64,000 nt of DNA from Podarcis muralis (taxonomy: Eukaryota). Under the pieces are notes generated by a model, which ran no database searches, had not been told where the DNA came from, and saw only the letters and a program-made list of their open reading frames with translations. A program made the position numbers and the translations under genes. The DNA lies in contig NC_135655.1 of assembly GCF_964188315.1 (NCBI RefSeq), positions 3,410,001 to 3,474,000 of the forward strand, in the 5' to 3' direction. Each line of letters opens with the position of its first letter. The stretch's first letter is position 1. Below, in pieces: positions 47,894-62,601 of the stretch.

Positions 47894-50800
47894 GCCCAGC
47901 CGGGCCTGGATGGAGCCTCAGCCGTTCCCCCATCGGGCCTGTGGGATCTATTACGGGGGGGCGGCGAAAATGTATTGATTGGTTTCTGCTTTAATAGGGA
48001 CAGTGGTTATTACAGAGAGAGAGAGAGAAAAGAAGTGTTTCTGAGGCAGAAAGGTCCTGTAGGGGAATGTTAAAAATAAACATAAATGCTACTTGTTTAC
48101 TGGAAAAATAATTGACAATTTTTACCTAGGCCTTTTTATAAAGTGTTTGTGACACTTTCAAACAACCCTGAATTCCGTTTTTCTTTTGCAGTTTGGGTGT
48201 CAAAGGGTTGAGCGAGTGCCTAAGATGACCAGGGCCCCCTGTCCGCAACTCAGGAGCCCCCCAGTTCTGAACTGGTTGGCGCTTTCTGAACAACCCCTCA
48301 CCCTCTCTCTGCCAACCACTTATCTTACTAGAGAGAATCAGTCATTCAGTATTCCATAATCTTGTACATGCTTGCTTGAAATTTGGTACCTTAATACCTG
48401 CAAAAGCCTTCTATTTTATTTGCTATGTGCTTATGAGAAAATTGGAAATCCATTTCTTTTCACTTAAATGTAGAAATATGCAACTTTTTTTTTTTTAGTT
48501 CTGCCAAAATAAAAAAAAATCATGTTTTTTGTAATACAAGTCTTTCAGTGATCCGAAACAATCCCTTTTAATTTTTATAGCGCCAAATTAAAAGAACAGC
48601 TTCAACAATGGTAATGACGGCACAGTGCAATGATACAAAGTAAAGTAAATTAACAACATAACATTTGAAGAACTGAACTGAAAACAATGACAACCATTTA
48701 CCTCCTGTTACAGAACCAATTCAGGTTCCTGCGTAGGCAGCCCAGCTTAATGAATAATTAAAAACAGGGCTGGGTGAAGAAACAGAGGAGAGCATCCAAG
48801 AGCTAAAAGCCCCAAGCAATGTAAAGTAACAGCATATGGAGAAAAGATATACTAATTGAGAGCCTAGTCTACATCTGTGTTAAGAGGCTCAGTAACCTTC
48901 AAAAGCCCTTCTTGATGAAAGAGCACAGATTTAATTTAACTATGTATTGAATGTTACAGCGCAATCCCATCAGAAAATTCTCCTGCACACGTTCTTCGTA
49001 AAGTAAATGGGCCTTGTGCCAAAGAACTTCCCAGTGGATTGTGCCCTTCCTTGCCTCTGGAAAAAGGCACCAAAGATGAAATCCATTTCTATGCCCAAAA
49101 TGTAACAAAGGCCCATTTGTGTATTGTGGTGGAGTAATACAGATAGCAGCAGAAAACACAAGATGGCAAAGTCATCTCCAAGGCACCCCTTAGACCTGCA
49201 GCAAAACGCTTTATTGGTGAATTTTAGTGTGTTCCTAGATTTTACAGGACAATCCAATTAGTGGAAACTACTGAATTCTGTCTAACATAATTAACTGCTG
49301 AGTGTTTTCCAGAACTTGACTTTCTGGGATGCAAATGTGTTTCTTCAGGTTACAAGAGGGGAAAGACTTCATTAGGTTACTCTCCCTTGCTCTCCATTTC
49401 AATTTTGAACATGCTAATTAATGTCGACAGAACTTCTAATTTAATGGCTAGAAGAGTGCTGATGGGTTTTCAAGCAGGTCTTAATTGAGAGTGGGTTCTG
49501 GTGAAATCTGTGGGACTGAGAAGAGGGTTACAGTCCTGCTCCAACCGAGAGCACTGTTGAGCCCCGATGCAGATCATTGGGGAACAATTCTTCCATTTAA
49601 AATGTGCTAAGTTTTAGCTTCATGGTAGGTACCTGCCACATCCAGGGTATTGATGACTTTTGTTAAAACAATTGGCACAAAATCTCTTCCTGTAAAATGC
49701 AGGCAGTTTCAAAAGCATCCAGCCTAGCTAGGGTAGACAAATTAAGCAGAAGTTCTAAAATAGTCTTTGAACTGTGAAAACTAGTTTGGCCGACAGAAAA
49801 CCCGAAACACATTTCTGCTGTAAAACGTAGAGCCGGGAATAGATCTATGTACAGTCGCTGCTTGTGGGGTGTGCTATTCTCTGTCCCAATGGCAGTGGAA
49901 CTGCAACGGTTGGGTACAGCCCTGTCCCTTGAGGGCATGCTTACTTTGAAATCAATTCCATTAAAATGAATAGGATTATCTTCCTGTGAATGCAGTTTAC
50001 AATCTGGCTATGACACCCCGATCCAAAATAGATTGTGCTGCATACATTACAGAAAGGTTTTGAGTTCCCCAAAAACAGTTTTCATGCAAGCACCCAGGGG
50101 ATTTCCCAAGACAGTTGCAACACTTGACGTTCAGGAGACTTGCATGGTTTTTGATGAACAGAGAGCAACTCAGGGTATTTATACTGGTTTTAGCATCCAC
50201 CATGAAAGCAAGCAAGCTGGTTTTTGCCCAGCTGGTGCTGTTGCATTTTTATCTACCTGTTTGAAGGGTGTTTGCGGAGTGTGAAAGGGATGCCCCAAAG
50301 GCAAGCCATACAAATTCACACCTAAAAGTGATTGTGGCAGCACAAGTCCTTGTGAAATGTGAGGCTTCTGAGACAGGAGGACCCTTCAAATAGTGGGCTG
50401 TTGTTTCCCCATCAGCGGAGAAGAAATGGGAATGCTGGAGGAAGGGGAAGTTGGAATAAAGGCATTATGAAACCCTGAAGTTGTGACGAGGCCTTGCGCA
50501 AGAGCATGGCTCAGTTGGCTCAGCCGAGAGATGAATTAGCCTTCTGCCCACACAGTCAGCCTCTTCGCTTTGCCCTTCCAGGGAGCAAGACGTCACAACC
50601 AAGAAGTCTCCCTGTTTCAGTCACCGGCTTCAGAACAAGCCAGGATCCTAAACGAAACTTCAAAGTCTGGTTTAAGGTCCTCATTCCAAAGTAACTATAG
50701 TCTCCCAGTTGAGAATGGGAAATGGGAAATTGATTAGAGACTTCCTGGTTTAATCCTGGTTGTGTGCACAGGCAAAAGGCATGTTCCTATTTCAGTTTAA

Positions 50801-51226
50801 CAAACCTAGATGTAGCCTGACCACGACCTGTATGTTCCCCTGACTACTCACAGCAATGGGATTTTGACTTGAATGAACTGCCAGTTTCTTTCTGAAATTC
50901 TGCAACTTGCTGAATGCTCGACTAAACCCAGGGCTGCCAAGGCACTGCTCTCCAGATGTTGCTGCACGGCCACTTCCCTCATTCCTGACCTTTGGCTGGG
51001 GCTGATCTGGAGAGCACTGTGTTGGTAACCCCTTCCTGGAGTCCAATCCTTTCAAATCTCCCAAATGGAAGTGAACGTTTTTGAGCAGATGGGACCGGTG
51101 CTCTGTTTCCGCCAAGACTTGTGGTTGGGGTTCTGCATTGTCCCTTTCCTGTGCTCTTTGGAGGAAATGCAAAATGTAAAACTTGAGGTTTTTCTCACTG
51201 CAGAGCCCGGCTGGGAGCTCAGCACA

Positions 51227-54200
51227 TTAATCCAGTTCATACAACAAAGCATTCTGAAAGGCGACTGCACAGTGCGTTGTGTGGCTGGTAATGTACTGCA
51301 CACTTCCATCCCGCATGTCTGTTTCCTTTAGCACAGGAGGAGCCGGCCTGCTCCTGTCCTGGCCCTGGTTGTTCTGTGCTGACTCTGAATGCACACCCTC
51401 CCCCCCTCTGGTCTGGCCAGGCTCCTCCCAGTTAAACTGGGCTTGTGGTGTGGACGTGGCTCTTTCCTCCTCCCTTGCAAAAGCACGTTCTGACTCACGG
51501 CACTCCCTTATCTGCTGTTTCCCAGGGCTTGCCAAGCTGGGGTTGCTGGGGTCAAGCTCCAAACAATGGCCTGGTCCCCCGCCAACTTGGCCCATTGTTT
51601 CCATGGATGTGAGCGGAGCTGTTTGTGCGGGGCAGCTTTCTGCGTCTGCTGAGAGTTCACTGCCATTTTCTTGTTCACCATCCTCTCCCTTGGGAGCAGC
51701 TCCTTCTTGCATTTTACCCAGCTCAACGCCGTTCTGCTCCAGCGGCTGTGAAAAGAAAGGGGGAGAGCTGTTTGTTACAGTTGTAGGCTAAAGGTAGAGA
51801 GAAGTGTTGCTGAAAACGGTCTCAGCCACCAAACAGGAACAACCTGGGCTTCCTCCCAAACAGGTCTCCCTTTTAAGTTCGTACCGTCTTGCAATGTTTC
51901 CAGTAAACAGGGCTGGAGATTTTTGCAGGCCTGGCAGTGGACCCTGACCTACAAAGCTCTGGGAACGTGCTCAGAGGCAAAGTTGCAAGAGTTCTGCCAG
52001 GTGGCTGCCCACTGTGTGCTCCTCACAGGAAGGATGATTCTGGCTGGGTTGTGCAAGATGCCTTGCGCTTGTCACAGAGCCGTAGTTACCCAATGCCTTG
52101 GGGCCATCTAGATCATGCACATTTCAGAGAAGGAGTCATGGTTTCAGCTGAGGAGACTCAATGTGCATAAGTCATAAGTGGTGCACTAATTGGTTTTATT
52201 CTGATTACATGGTGTACTTGGACTTTCGACAAGGAACCTCACCAAAGACACCTCAGTAAGCTCATGGAATAATTGGAGAGGTCCTCTTGCAGATCAGGAA
52301 TCGGTTAAGTATCAGGAAGCGGAGAGTAGGAAGAAATGGCCATTTCTCTGAATGGAGAGATGTAGAAAGTGCAGTCCCTCAATAATGGATACTGAGACCT
52401 ATGCTTTTTAACTACTTCATAAACAATCTAGTTTCCTAGCCCAGTTTCCAGGTGATGTTAAATTGTTCAGGGATAATGAAACAAAAGGAGATTGTGAAGA
52501 CCAAACCGGGTGAATGGGTGGTCAAAATGGCAAATGCAATTCAGTGCAAACAAGTGTAAAACAATGCATATAGTCTAAATTGGGGCAAAGGGATGTTTTG
52601 AGCCTCAACACCTTGTTGCTGAGGAGGACTGCATCTAAATCCTCCAAGGACCCTCTATGACAATGACCACAAGCAGCCAATGATTGGTAGCCAAGGTCCC
52701 TATGTCAACATTCTTCCAATCGTTCCTATGCAGCAGGACGGGCCACATTCTGTGATGCTCAGAAAACTTTAGACCAGCTCTCATTTTCACTGGCAAATAA
52801 AGCAGTCCTGATACAGAATAAGGCACAAACTCTCGCGGTGGCTGGCAGAGTAGCCTGGATATGAGCAGCAGGTGGTTGCCAACTTCAATATTCTTGGCCC
52901 TCTGCAATCTAGGACACCAAGGTGGTCTGTGCCACGGTGCTGGCTGCAAACGTTAATGGAAAAAGCTCTTCTGCTCGTGTGGGACTGAGAAAAATGAGAG
53001 CACAGATAAGGGAAAACACACCACGTAGATACCAACCAAGAGGTCTGGTGCAGGCTGGAATTGCCATCCAAGCGATATCAAGCTCTGCTCTCCTTTCAAT
53101 AATTAAATGTAGAAAATCAAATATTGATATTCGTTGCAGTTGGCAAGTTTCCAACAGCTAACAAACAACAGGTGCCAGATCCCAAGGTAGAAATGCAACG
53201 CAGCCTCTGAGGCTTTGAATGGAAGCTGTAAGTTGACAACACATACAAAGTGTGAGACACTTTTAATTCACAGTAGGGGAAGCAGAAACGCCCCCAGAGT
53301 CCGTAAGCAGAGCTGGGCTACAAATACAGATGTCTGCTCTATCTTTCATTTCATTGTGTGCAGGCAATTAAAGAGAGTGCACCTTGCAACCCACCCCCAG
53401 GAGCAAAGTCCAGACTGCGGCCTTGAACTTTCAGAGTCTGATCCAAGATACAGGCTGGCTGAGGCACATGATTATTGAAATAATATTTGCAAATGCTGCG
53501 TGTGGAGCTACACCCTGTTCCGTCTATTTCAGGAAGAGATTACAACTCATCTGCTGCCGCATTTATTATTTGGGATATGCTATAATTTTACAAATTGCGA
53601 AGTTCTTGTAATGATTCTGCAGATTAAGTTGGGAGGAGGGGAGGGGAGTGACATCCTAGAAACCCTCATTCTGTGATGGGAATCTGACTGTTTGTTACAG
53701 CAGGCTATTTGAGAAACCGCCACACAGGACCAAGTAATTCTTAAAATTATCTCTGTTTTCAAAAGACTCTAAATATTAGGTGTCAGTCCAGCCAGCTGCC
53801 TCTGTTTATATTTGAATTTGGACTTTGCTGCCTCTGTTTATATTTGATTTTGGACTTCTCTTCCTTCTAAGATGACAAGTCTTCATGCTCTCCAAAAGGG
53901 CTTCAAAATCACAAAGCTTACAAGATCCGCAATAAGATGAGAAAAATCTGACTTCCGACATGCAGTTAAGATCCTCTCCAAATGCAGTGGAACAGTGTGG
54001 TCTGTTCTGGGAGCATGTTCATGGCCATCAGAAACATTCTTGCTTATCCTAAATCTCTCTCTGCAATTTAAATTCAATGTTTTTGCACAAGCATGGCAAT
54101 CTCATTCAAACACAGAACATTCCCAGCACACACATGCCAGGGTGGGGGAGCTTAATACAGTGGAGTAGCAAGTTGCCATGTTTGCTGAACATTTAATTTG

Positions 54201-54507
54201 GAAGTTTTCAGAATCAATGAGCGCCCTTAAGGCACAGGTAAAAATATCCTTACAAGCAGCAAGGTGTTGGGCAAATGGAACTGGAGACAGGTAAGACAGT
54301 GACTGGTTACTCCAGTGTTGTTCATGGATGATAAGGCAGGCCTGCTGAACAATGCCTTACCTTTAATCTGATCTGACTTTTGCCCTCCGAGACATCCAAC
54401 ACTTCAATTAATGGCTGATGTTCCATCTCAGACAGGCTGGAACGGGACATCCTCGAAAGACTGCCCAGAAACTCATCCACATTGTCTTCAGTGACAAACC
54501 ACCTTTC
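51227..54507 (-). CDS. DNAAF2: Dynein axonemal assembly factor 2 (kintoun), last two coding exons complement(join(51227..51787,54361..54507)); exon 1 not found in window
   Basis: Exon ERWFVTEDNVDEFL..QPLIEVLDVSEGKSQIRLK (147 nt, AG/GT); C-terminus LKETDMRDGSVQYITSHTTHCAVAFQNALLYELD*; convergent with MGAT2 as in mammals. Confidence 0.9.
52290..52600 (+). mobile_element. Degraded CR1 LINE RT fragment
   Basis: Resembles CR1 RT region (..AGTGCAGTCCCTCAA..CTTCATAAACAATCT..); many stops. Confidence 0.45.
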
Positions 54508-55098
54508 CTGAAGGGGAGAAACAAGTGCAAGGATTAAACTTTCCCTTTAGTTACAAAACACCAGCCCTTAGGCACCCCAAACCTGCCGCAATCCCCAGCT
54601 CTCTTCTTCTCCTTAAAGCTGGCATTCTTAAATAACGGACGAAACCTTGAGCTGTGGCACCCTCAATCAGAAAGTCACACACAACCAATTGGATCAGCAA
54701 CAAGGTGTAGATTTTATTGTGGGCAGACAGACTTCGTGTTAGTCAACAAAGTGATGCTTTCCTTAAGCTACCATTATTTCTATCTCCCTTTTCAAGCAAC
54801 CTACTTATACTAGAAACCAGAATACAGCTGCCTAATTTTCAAGCAGATCCTTTGGCCAAGCCTTTCATGGTGAGCTGCATGCTTGCAGGTGATAGTGCTT
54901 TTTCCATATGCTGGCAAATGGCACAAGGGCAGGCGCCGGGCTGGCTTGGTTTTGTTTCCTTTTTCTGTGATTAAAGTCTTTTTGCCAAGGCCCTTCTTCC
55001 TTGTGTGCATCTGTCTGAGGGATGTCATGGAACTCCAACGAAAGAAAAGTCTTGGCAGTGACAACTGAACTCTCAAATGCCCTTGCTACATAGCCTTT

Positions 55099-55619
55099 AG
55101 CAATGACAAACCTAGACAGCATCTTAAAAAACAGACATCACCTTGCCAACAAAGGTCCGTATAGTTAAAGCCATGGTTTTTCCAGCAGTGATGTATGGAA
55201 CTGAGAGCTGGACCATAAAGAAGGCTGGTCGCTGAAGAATTGATGCTTTTGAATTCTGGTGCTGGAGGAGACTCTTGAGAGTCCCATGGACTGCAAGAAG
55301 ATCAAACTTCTCCATTCTTAAGGAAATCAGCCCTGAGTGCTCACTGGAAGGACAGATCCTGAAGCTGAGGCTCCAAAACTTTGGCCACCTCATGAGAAGA
55401 GAAGAGTCCCTGGAAAAGACCCTGAAGTTGGGAAAGATGGAGGGCACAAGGAGAAGGGGATGACGGAGGATGAGATGGTTGGACAGTGTTCTCGAAGCTA
55501 TGAACATGAGTCTGACCAAACTGCGGGAGGCAGTGGAAGACAGGAGGGCCTGGCGTGCTCTGGTCCAGGGGGTCACGAAGTGTCAGACACGACTGAACGA
55601 CTAAACAACAACAACAACA
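55099..55619 (+). mobile_element. BovB/RTE LINE 3' fragment
   Basis: Same RT tail with (AAC)n end. Confidence 0.9.
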
Positions 55620-58334
55620 CACACAGCCTTGCTTCCCTGGCACCCACATTAGAGTCCTTTCGGCACCAGGCTAAGGTGTTTTTGCTCACAGAAGCATTTT
55701 AACCTTATGTAGTACATTTTAATGATTAACCATTTTATCTGTTGTGTCATTATTGTGCTTATGCTGTGATACACCCAACTGTACACCGGTCTGAAGGTCA
55801 GGATGAAGATTCAATATATACAGTAACAGGCCAATTAGGCTGCATACATTTTTTTAAGGCCTTTGAGCAGGACTCCAGATGCAAAAGTGCTGCATTACTC
55901 AACCCCAAAAGACATTCACCAATGAGAGAAAAACAGAGGCTATGCAAATTTGTCAACCTTTTTTTCTGGCAAAGCACCAGCGCCTTGTACAACTGTGTGG
56001 TGAGGAGAAATTCAACAGGTGAAGCTTTTTACACATGGAGTAAATGAACTGGACCATGTGGCAATAAAATCTTCAGCCAGTGAATTTTTGCTTGTCATAC
56101 AGTTGTAAAATATGGTAGAGCAGATCCCCTATGAGGAAATGTTGCAACATTTGGGACTTTTCAGTTTAGAAAAAAGGCAAGTACAAAGGCAACAGTGCCC
56201 AAAGCTGTTTTCTGGATTGCAGGTACATGCATGCTCTGTCCTGGAGCCAAAAGGCCTGGGGCTGCCACTTCCTCAAACTCGGAGGACAGCTGGGAGAAGC
56301 CTCTGAAGAGCTCCAGCTAGAAGAAAACAGCAAATGGAATGGATGCCCCAAGGAGGTCTTTGGATCTGGCCTTTAAAGCTAAAGTAAAATGTCCAGGTTC
56401 GCTGATGAAGCAAACTGCCCAGTAGGGATTTCACTTTCCTTATTTGTGCCCATGTTCCCTGTCTGCACATCACGGAAAGAGATGGCTCCACATGCTGTCC
56501 TGATTCACACATAATGCTGAACTGTAGTTTAATAATAACAATAACAGTTTTATTATCTATACCCTGCCAATCTCCCCTGCCCTCTCCTCCTCCAGGACAA
56601 CCAAGAGGAGGAAATCAGAAGTGATTGCTACCATTTGCAGAAAACCATAGTGACTCATGTCCAAAGCTAGGGGAAACTGTGATGAATGTTAACTATATTT
56701 CAGAGAACAAGCTGCCTTCAAAATGCAGTGTATTAACTATAGTTAACACTGACCATGGTCCTCAATTTCAACAAAATAAGTATTTACAGTTGACTGAAAA
56801 CAGAAACAAGAGCTTCCATTTCCTTGTGGCTTTTCCAGAGGAGAGGGAGGTGCCAGAGGCTCCCCCAGACTCATTCTCATAACCTTACATCACTGTCGCC
56901 ACTGTTTCAGAGTTAACAAAACCCACACATGCGCCCTTGGAACATGTCACTCTCAAGAAGCTTCACATATATTAAGATAAATTTTTATTTTATAACATTC
57001 ATAGGATAACTTTATGAACTCATTCAGTGTGGCTTACAGCCTTATAAATATACAACTTTCGACAGGAATAAGATAAATAAAAAACTTCTAATAGAACCAC
57101 AATGTTAAGAAAACCTGCAATAATAAATACATGTCCAGCCCAGAAATAACACACAAATCCATCAACCAACAGAAGGCCAATGGCAAGATGGAACATCACT
57201 CATAGGGAAGTCACTGAACCCAACTGGGCATATTGAGAATATTGCACAAAACCACAATAACTATGTATGTCTAGGACTTAACACGATATGTCAGCACTAT
57301 GTCACGCTGTTCATAGGGCATGAAATAAAAACAACTAAGAAAGCACATTTGGGGTTCACAGTAGTCTTTGGAGCAATTGCCAATGGTAAGAAATAAAGCT
57401 AACAGATCCATTTTTGCCCCTTTATCAGTAATACCCAGTGCTAAGTTATTAGAATTGAAAGTTTCTCTCCAGCAGACTGCAGGCATTTCAAAAGTAGGTC
57501 ATGCGCTGGATCTAAATTAAGTTAAGGTGCCTTTGTGGTGAATTCAGGAAACAGGTTCAAAAGAAACTTAGATCTCAGAGCCTCTCTGCCTTTTTGCAAA
57601 TCCTGCTGCAGAGGAGATCAGCTAAAGTCAGAGTCTCTACGGCAATGGAAGATGAAAGCCACAAAGGGGGGCAGTGGGGGTATTAGCAATGGCCAGAATT
57701 AAGACATCTCCAGAAAGGCTTTCGGCAGCTTAATCAAGAGGTTAATAACTTTGGTGACACAAGTTTCCCATACCAGGAAGGCGGCACATGAAACTTAAAT
57801 ATTAATGGCTTCTAGAAAATGATGGTGCTTCTTATCAGCGATTAAATCAGTAACAATTTTGATGGGTAGATTTTTCTTTTCTTTTCAAAATGTATTCTCT
57901 ATTCTTTATTCTAGTTTCTGTGATGCATCAAGACGGCAAAATGACTTGAAATGGCCCTGGGTTTATTTCCTCCTGTCATTCCCATTTTTGAATACCATGT
58001 TACAATAAATATTCTAATCCCAGTTCTATATTTGTTACGCCTCTGCTTTGACAAATAATGCTTAGATAAATAGAAACTTCCAAAGCAAAGGTCAACAACG
58101 GCACCAAAGCAAACATCTATAAACCACTGAAAATTAGTACGTAACAGCATGTGGGGGCTCCTTTCTTTACTTTTAGCACTGCTTGGTTTACGCAAATGTT
58201 TCAAAACACTGTTTTGCATCTTACAATGTTTTTGAACAGTTTTATGTGCTAATGGGGTGTACTTTTAGGGAGTTGCTTGTTGGCTGCTCTGAGCATTTTC
58301 AAACAGAAAGGCAGGATAAAAAGAGCTTTAAATA

Positions 58335-58690
58335 CAGTGGTACCTCGCAAGACGAATGCCTCGCAAGACAAAAAACTCGCTAGACGAAAGGGTTTTTTTG
58401 TTTTTTGAGCTGCTTCGCAAGCGATTTTCCCTATGGGCTTGCTTCGCAGGACGGAAACGTCTTGCAAGTTTGTTTCCTTTTTCTTAACACCGTTAATACA
58501 GTTGCGACTTGACTTCGAGGAGCAACTCATAGCACGCGGTGTGGTAGCCTTTTTTGAGGTTTTTGAAGACTTTGGTGATTTTTGAAGCTTTCCCAAAACT
58601 TTCCCGACACCGTGCTTCGCAAGACGAAAAAAAATCGCAAGGCGACAAAACTCGCGGAACGAATTAATTTCGTCTTGCGAGGCACCACTG
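58335..58690. mobile_element. Tigger/pogo-like MITE family A
   Basis: TA-CAGTGGTACCTCGCAAGACG...GGCACCACTG-TA. Confidence 0.85.
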
Positions 58691-61600
58691 TAAACTGAAC
58701 AAATAAAATCTGGTGACAAATGTGGAAATGTGGACTTAATTTCATCAGATATTTATAAAGGATAGGAAATGGAAAGACTGACTACTTTGCTCCACATTAG
58801 GGAGGACACTAGCTAGACAAATTTATTTATTTTGGGGAAAGGGCATGCCATTCAGAGAGGTGTGTTTTTCGCTTTGTGATTGTCTCAGAGTTGCTCCTTG
58901 TTACACTAATTTGCTGTAGAAAAAAGAAGAGGGGGGAAGAACTGCTTTATACAGGTCTGCATGAAACCTTTATAAGTTGTGCACGATTGCCCCATCCCAG
59001 CATTGCTAAAGAGAGAGCTGTCTGTTAATGCCTTCTCTCTGCTTCCTGTTCCTTAACCATTTACTTACTTTTAAGAGGACCTCTCCTCTGATCCCACGGC
59101 AGCTAAGCTTACTCAGGAGTCTAATGCTCCTGTCTATCTGAAGTATAGACTAGCCTAGAGCAAAGCTGCCACCAAATACTTCCATCCTAGCAACCCACTG
59201 CAAATCCATTCAGATGACTAAAGCTGATTTGGGGAACTGGGCATTAAAATGGAATTAACACTGTGGACATAGTTTTATGGGGAAAGTGTGTATTATTAAC
59301 TAAGGGGGATTTATTGCTTACACCCTGGCTTACAAAATGGCTTGGAACCCATTTGCCTATTACATCATTGCTGAAATACAAAGAGATGGAAGGAACATCT
59401 TTTTTTAATCAATCTGAATATCTTTCAGTTAGCATTCTAAAGGTTTGGTTTGCATAAGATCCTGGATGGTTCAGTTGGTGCTGATAATGTCAAGATTGCA
59501 AGTTTGCTTCTCCGTATGGGACAGCTGCATATTCCTGCATTGCAGGGGGTTGGACTAGATGACCCTCAGGGACCCTTCCAACACTTCAATTCTATGATTC
59601 TATGGTTGCACCCTGATGTGTGAGCCTCCTTCGGTTCCAGCTGGAAGAGTAAACACACAGGAATTCCTCCCAGGTGAAGAAGAGTGAAATACGGTCTCCG
59701 GTCTGTTAGTGCCACCATGTGTAAGCGAAAAGGAATCCTGCTTTAAAACATTTATGTAGGTTGCCTTCTCACAGCACTAAAAACCAACCCCTGCTTCTTG
59801 GGAGAAACATAGAGAGCGAGGAACTCCACTGCCTATCTGCTGGTGGTGACGCCGAGAGCAACAATTTTCCCCCTCTGAAGAGCAAACCGCGTTTCACCAT
59901 GGCAATCCCCTTAAACGCCCACGTGCCAAAACCAATTCTAGTTGGCATTTCTCCACTCATTTGGAAAACATCAAGAACTGGCAATTTTCCGCTGCTGCCA
60001 GCAAAACATGAAACTAACTGCTCAGTTTTGGAAAGGAACAACTAGGCAAACATGTAATCTGTGGATTGACAGAAACAAAGGATCCCAGAAGAACCCCAGC
60101 ACCACAGAAAAATACCAAGGCATTGGGAAACCCAAGAGATTCCACAGTAACATGCGCGCCATTTTAGAACATGCAAGATACAAGTAAATGAGTATTAAAC
60201 TATTTATGTGCTTATTGCTAATGGTATCAGCTTGGAAATACTGGAACCCACAACTATATGTTACTCACAAAGGCGTGGTGTTAGGAGAAAGGTCGTTTTT
60301 CTTTTCTGTGGGTTATATTTTACATAAAGTTTTTCATGTAGATTAGCACAAACTTTTATTTTAGTCTGTATTTCTTAGCTGATGTGCAGTCATGATTATT
60401 GTATCATACAGTAATGCAGGGGGCAGCGAATTACAAGAGCAGGCGCAGGCAAAAATCACGATGCAGAAGAAACTGTGAAGCCAGCCAGTGCCTCTACCTA
60501 GCTCCATCCTTATTTCAGACATTGTCATACATTGGTATATTGTGATGCTGGAAACCAGGTATCGCCCAGCCCTGGCTTATACACTCTGCCTCCACAGTCA
60601 TGGGGACATCTGAAGCTTCCACTTCCATTTTCTATTTACCACAGCCAAGCGTTAGGTCCAAACACAAAATGTAATTAATCTTATTTATGGTTTACTGAAA
60701 CAAGTCAGCTTCATAAACCATGTTTTGAATTGGGTTTGTTTGATTAAACCAGACGTCATCAACCTTTTAAACCTGTTGGGAGCACCAAATACGAACAGCA
60801 ACCACGGACAGACCTCAATCTATCCTACTGATATAGAATGCTCCTTTCAAGTTTAATTTCAGAGGTTGGAGGAGACCCTGTAGGCACAAGGAAAGATCTC
60901 TGTGGGTGCTGGTAAACAGAAGAAGAAGAAGAAGAAGAAGAAGAGGAAGAGGAGTTTGGATTTGATAACTACCCTAAGGAGTCTCAAATGTTCTCCTTTC
61001 TCTTCCTCCCCCACAACAAACATAAGAGGACCCTCCTGGATCAGGCCAATGATCCATGTAGTCCACCTTCCTGTTCTCACAGTGTCCAACCAGATGCATA
61101 TGAGAAGCCTGAAATCAATTAATATATCAGTTTCTTGTAGGGCAGTAGTTCCCAACTGGAGGTCCGAACACCCCAGGGGGTCTACATAACCCACCCAGGG
61201 GGTAGTCTGTGGCACCATTCACATAAAAAAACCTACCACAGAGATATCAAAATTTTCAGAAGTAGGGGCTCCATGGCTTGCCTTTTGAAAAACAGGGGGC
61301 CTGCAGTACTAAGCTAATTGGGAACCACTGTTATGGGGAGTAGAATCCCTTCCCTTCTTGACTCATACACATATCAACACATGATTAGCACAAGAGTTAT
61401 GGAATGAAGAGACAACAATCCAGACTAATTTTCCCAAGAGTCATTCTAATATTGAGCAAATTGTTCCCAACTGTGCATTAAATTATTAGTGTTATTAATC
61501 CTTTCTTGCAAGGGTTGGCATTCATTTCGACTACCTCCAGTATGTTCTTCAACTACAGTCGGCAGCTATTGGACAGGATTTACAGTGTTCGGGAACTAAT

Positions 61601-62275
61601 GGTGCTGACTAGGGCTGATGGGAATTGTAGTTCAAACTAGGTTGGGGGAAGGATGACTTATAAAGCCACCATATATTCTTAAGCACACCTCTGTCAGTTA
61701 ACCAGATGCTACAATGTCAGTGTATAACCTGAAAATATTTATTTTTTTCTAAGCATTCTCCTACGAAAGTATTTTCAGTTGCTAGGTGGAGGTCAAGCAA
61801 GAACTAATTCCACTGGCTAATTCCAAAAGAATCTAGATATGTGGGAAGGCTAGAAACAGGAAAACTAGAGCTGCTGTTAAAATTGTTTATACTGTAACAA
61901 GAAGGTATCTGGTTTCTTGGACCAAGACGTGGGTAATCTTGAATCTCTCTCCACGAGAAGGTCACTAAATAAACCCGTTTTTCTCATTCTAAACAGTGCA
62001 TCTTTGCCTGAAGGCTTCATGTCTGGAATTTATGCTTTCCTGCATGCCTATTTCTTATATCTCTCTATCTTCCCTGGAGAAAAAAATGGCCAGTTGTTGT
62101 CCATACTGCAGGGGTATCACTGCAACCAGGCCCCATCCATGGGCTGCGGAAGGCAAAGACCCACGAGCACAGCTGAGCCAACGCTGGCAGTACAGATCTT
62201 GCTCACTGGGACACACCTTCAACCTCCAGGTGTCAGCTGTTCTGTATGATGGAAAACTTATTTGCATTTGCTGTA

Positions 62276-62601
62276 CAGTGGTGCCCCGCAAGACGAATGC
62301 CTCGCAAGATGGAAAACCCGCTAGACGAAAGGGTTTTCCATTTCTGAGTTGCTTCACAAGACGATTTTCCCTATGGGCTTGCTTCGCAAGACGAAACGTC
62401 TTGCTAGTCTTGCGATTCCCCCCCCCCGCTTTCCCCCCCTTTTTTCTAAGCCGCTAATAGCCTTTTAGCAGCTTAGCCGCTAATCCTTTAATAGCCACTA
62501 AGCCGCTAAACCACTAATAGCGCTAATCCGCTTAGCCGCTAATAGGGTTGCTTCGCAAGACGAAAAAACCACTAGACGAAGAGAATCACGAGGCACCACT
62601 G
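62276..62601. mobile_element. Tigger/pogo-like MITE family A
   Basis: TA-CAGTGGTGCCCCGCAAGACG...GGCACCACTG-TA. Confidence 0.85.

Noticed and set aside
52635-52949. NHWLLVVIV motif reminiscent of Ulp1-type proteases
   Set aside because: Isolated short motif in DNAAF2 intronic DNA, with no supporting catalytic residues or splice structure.
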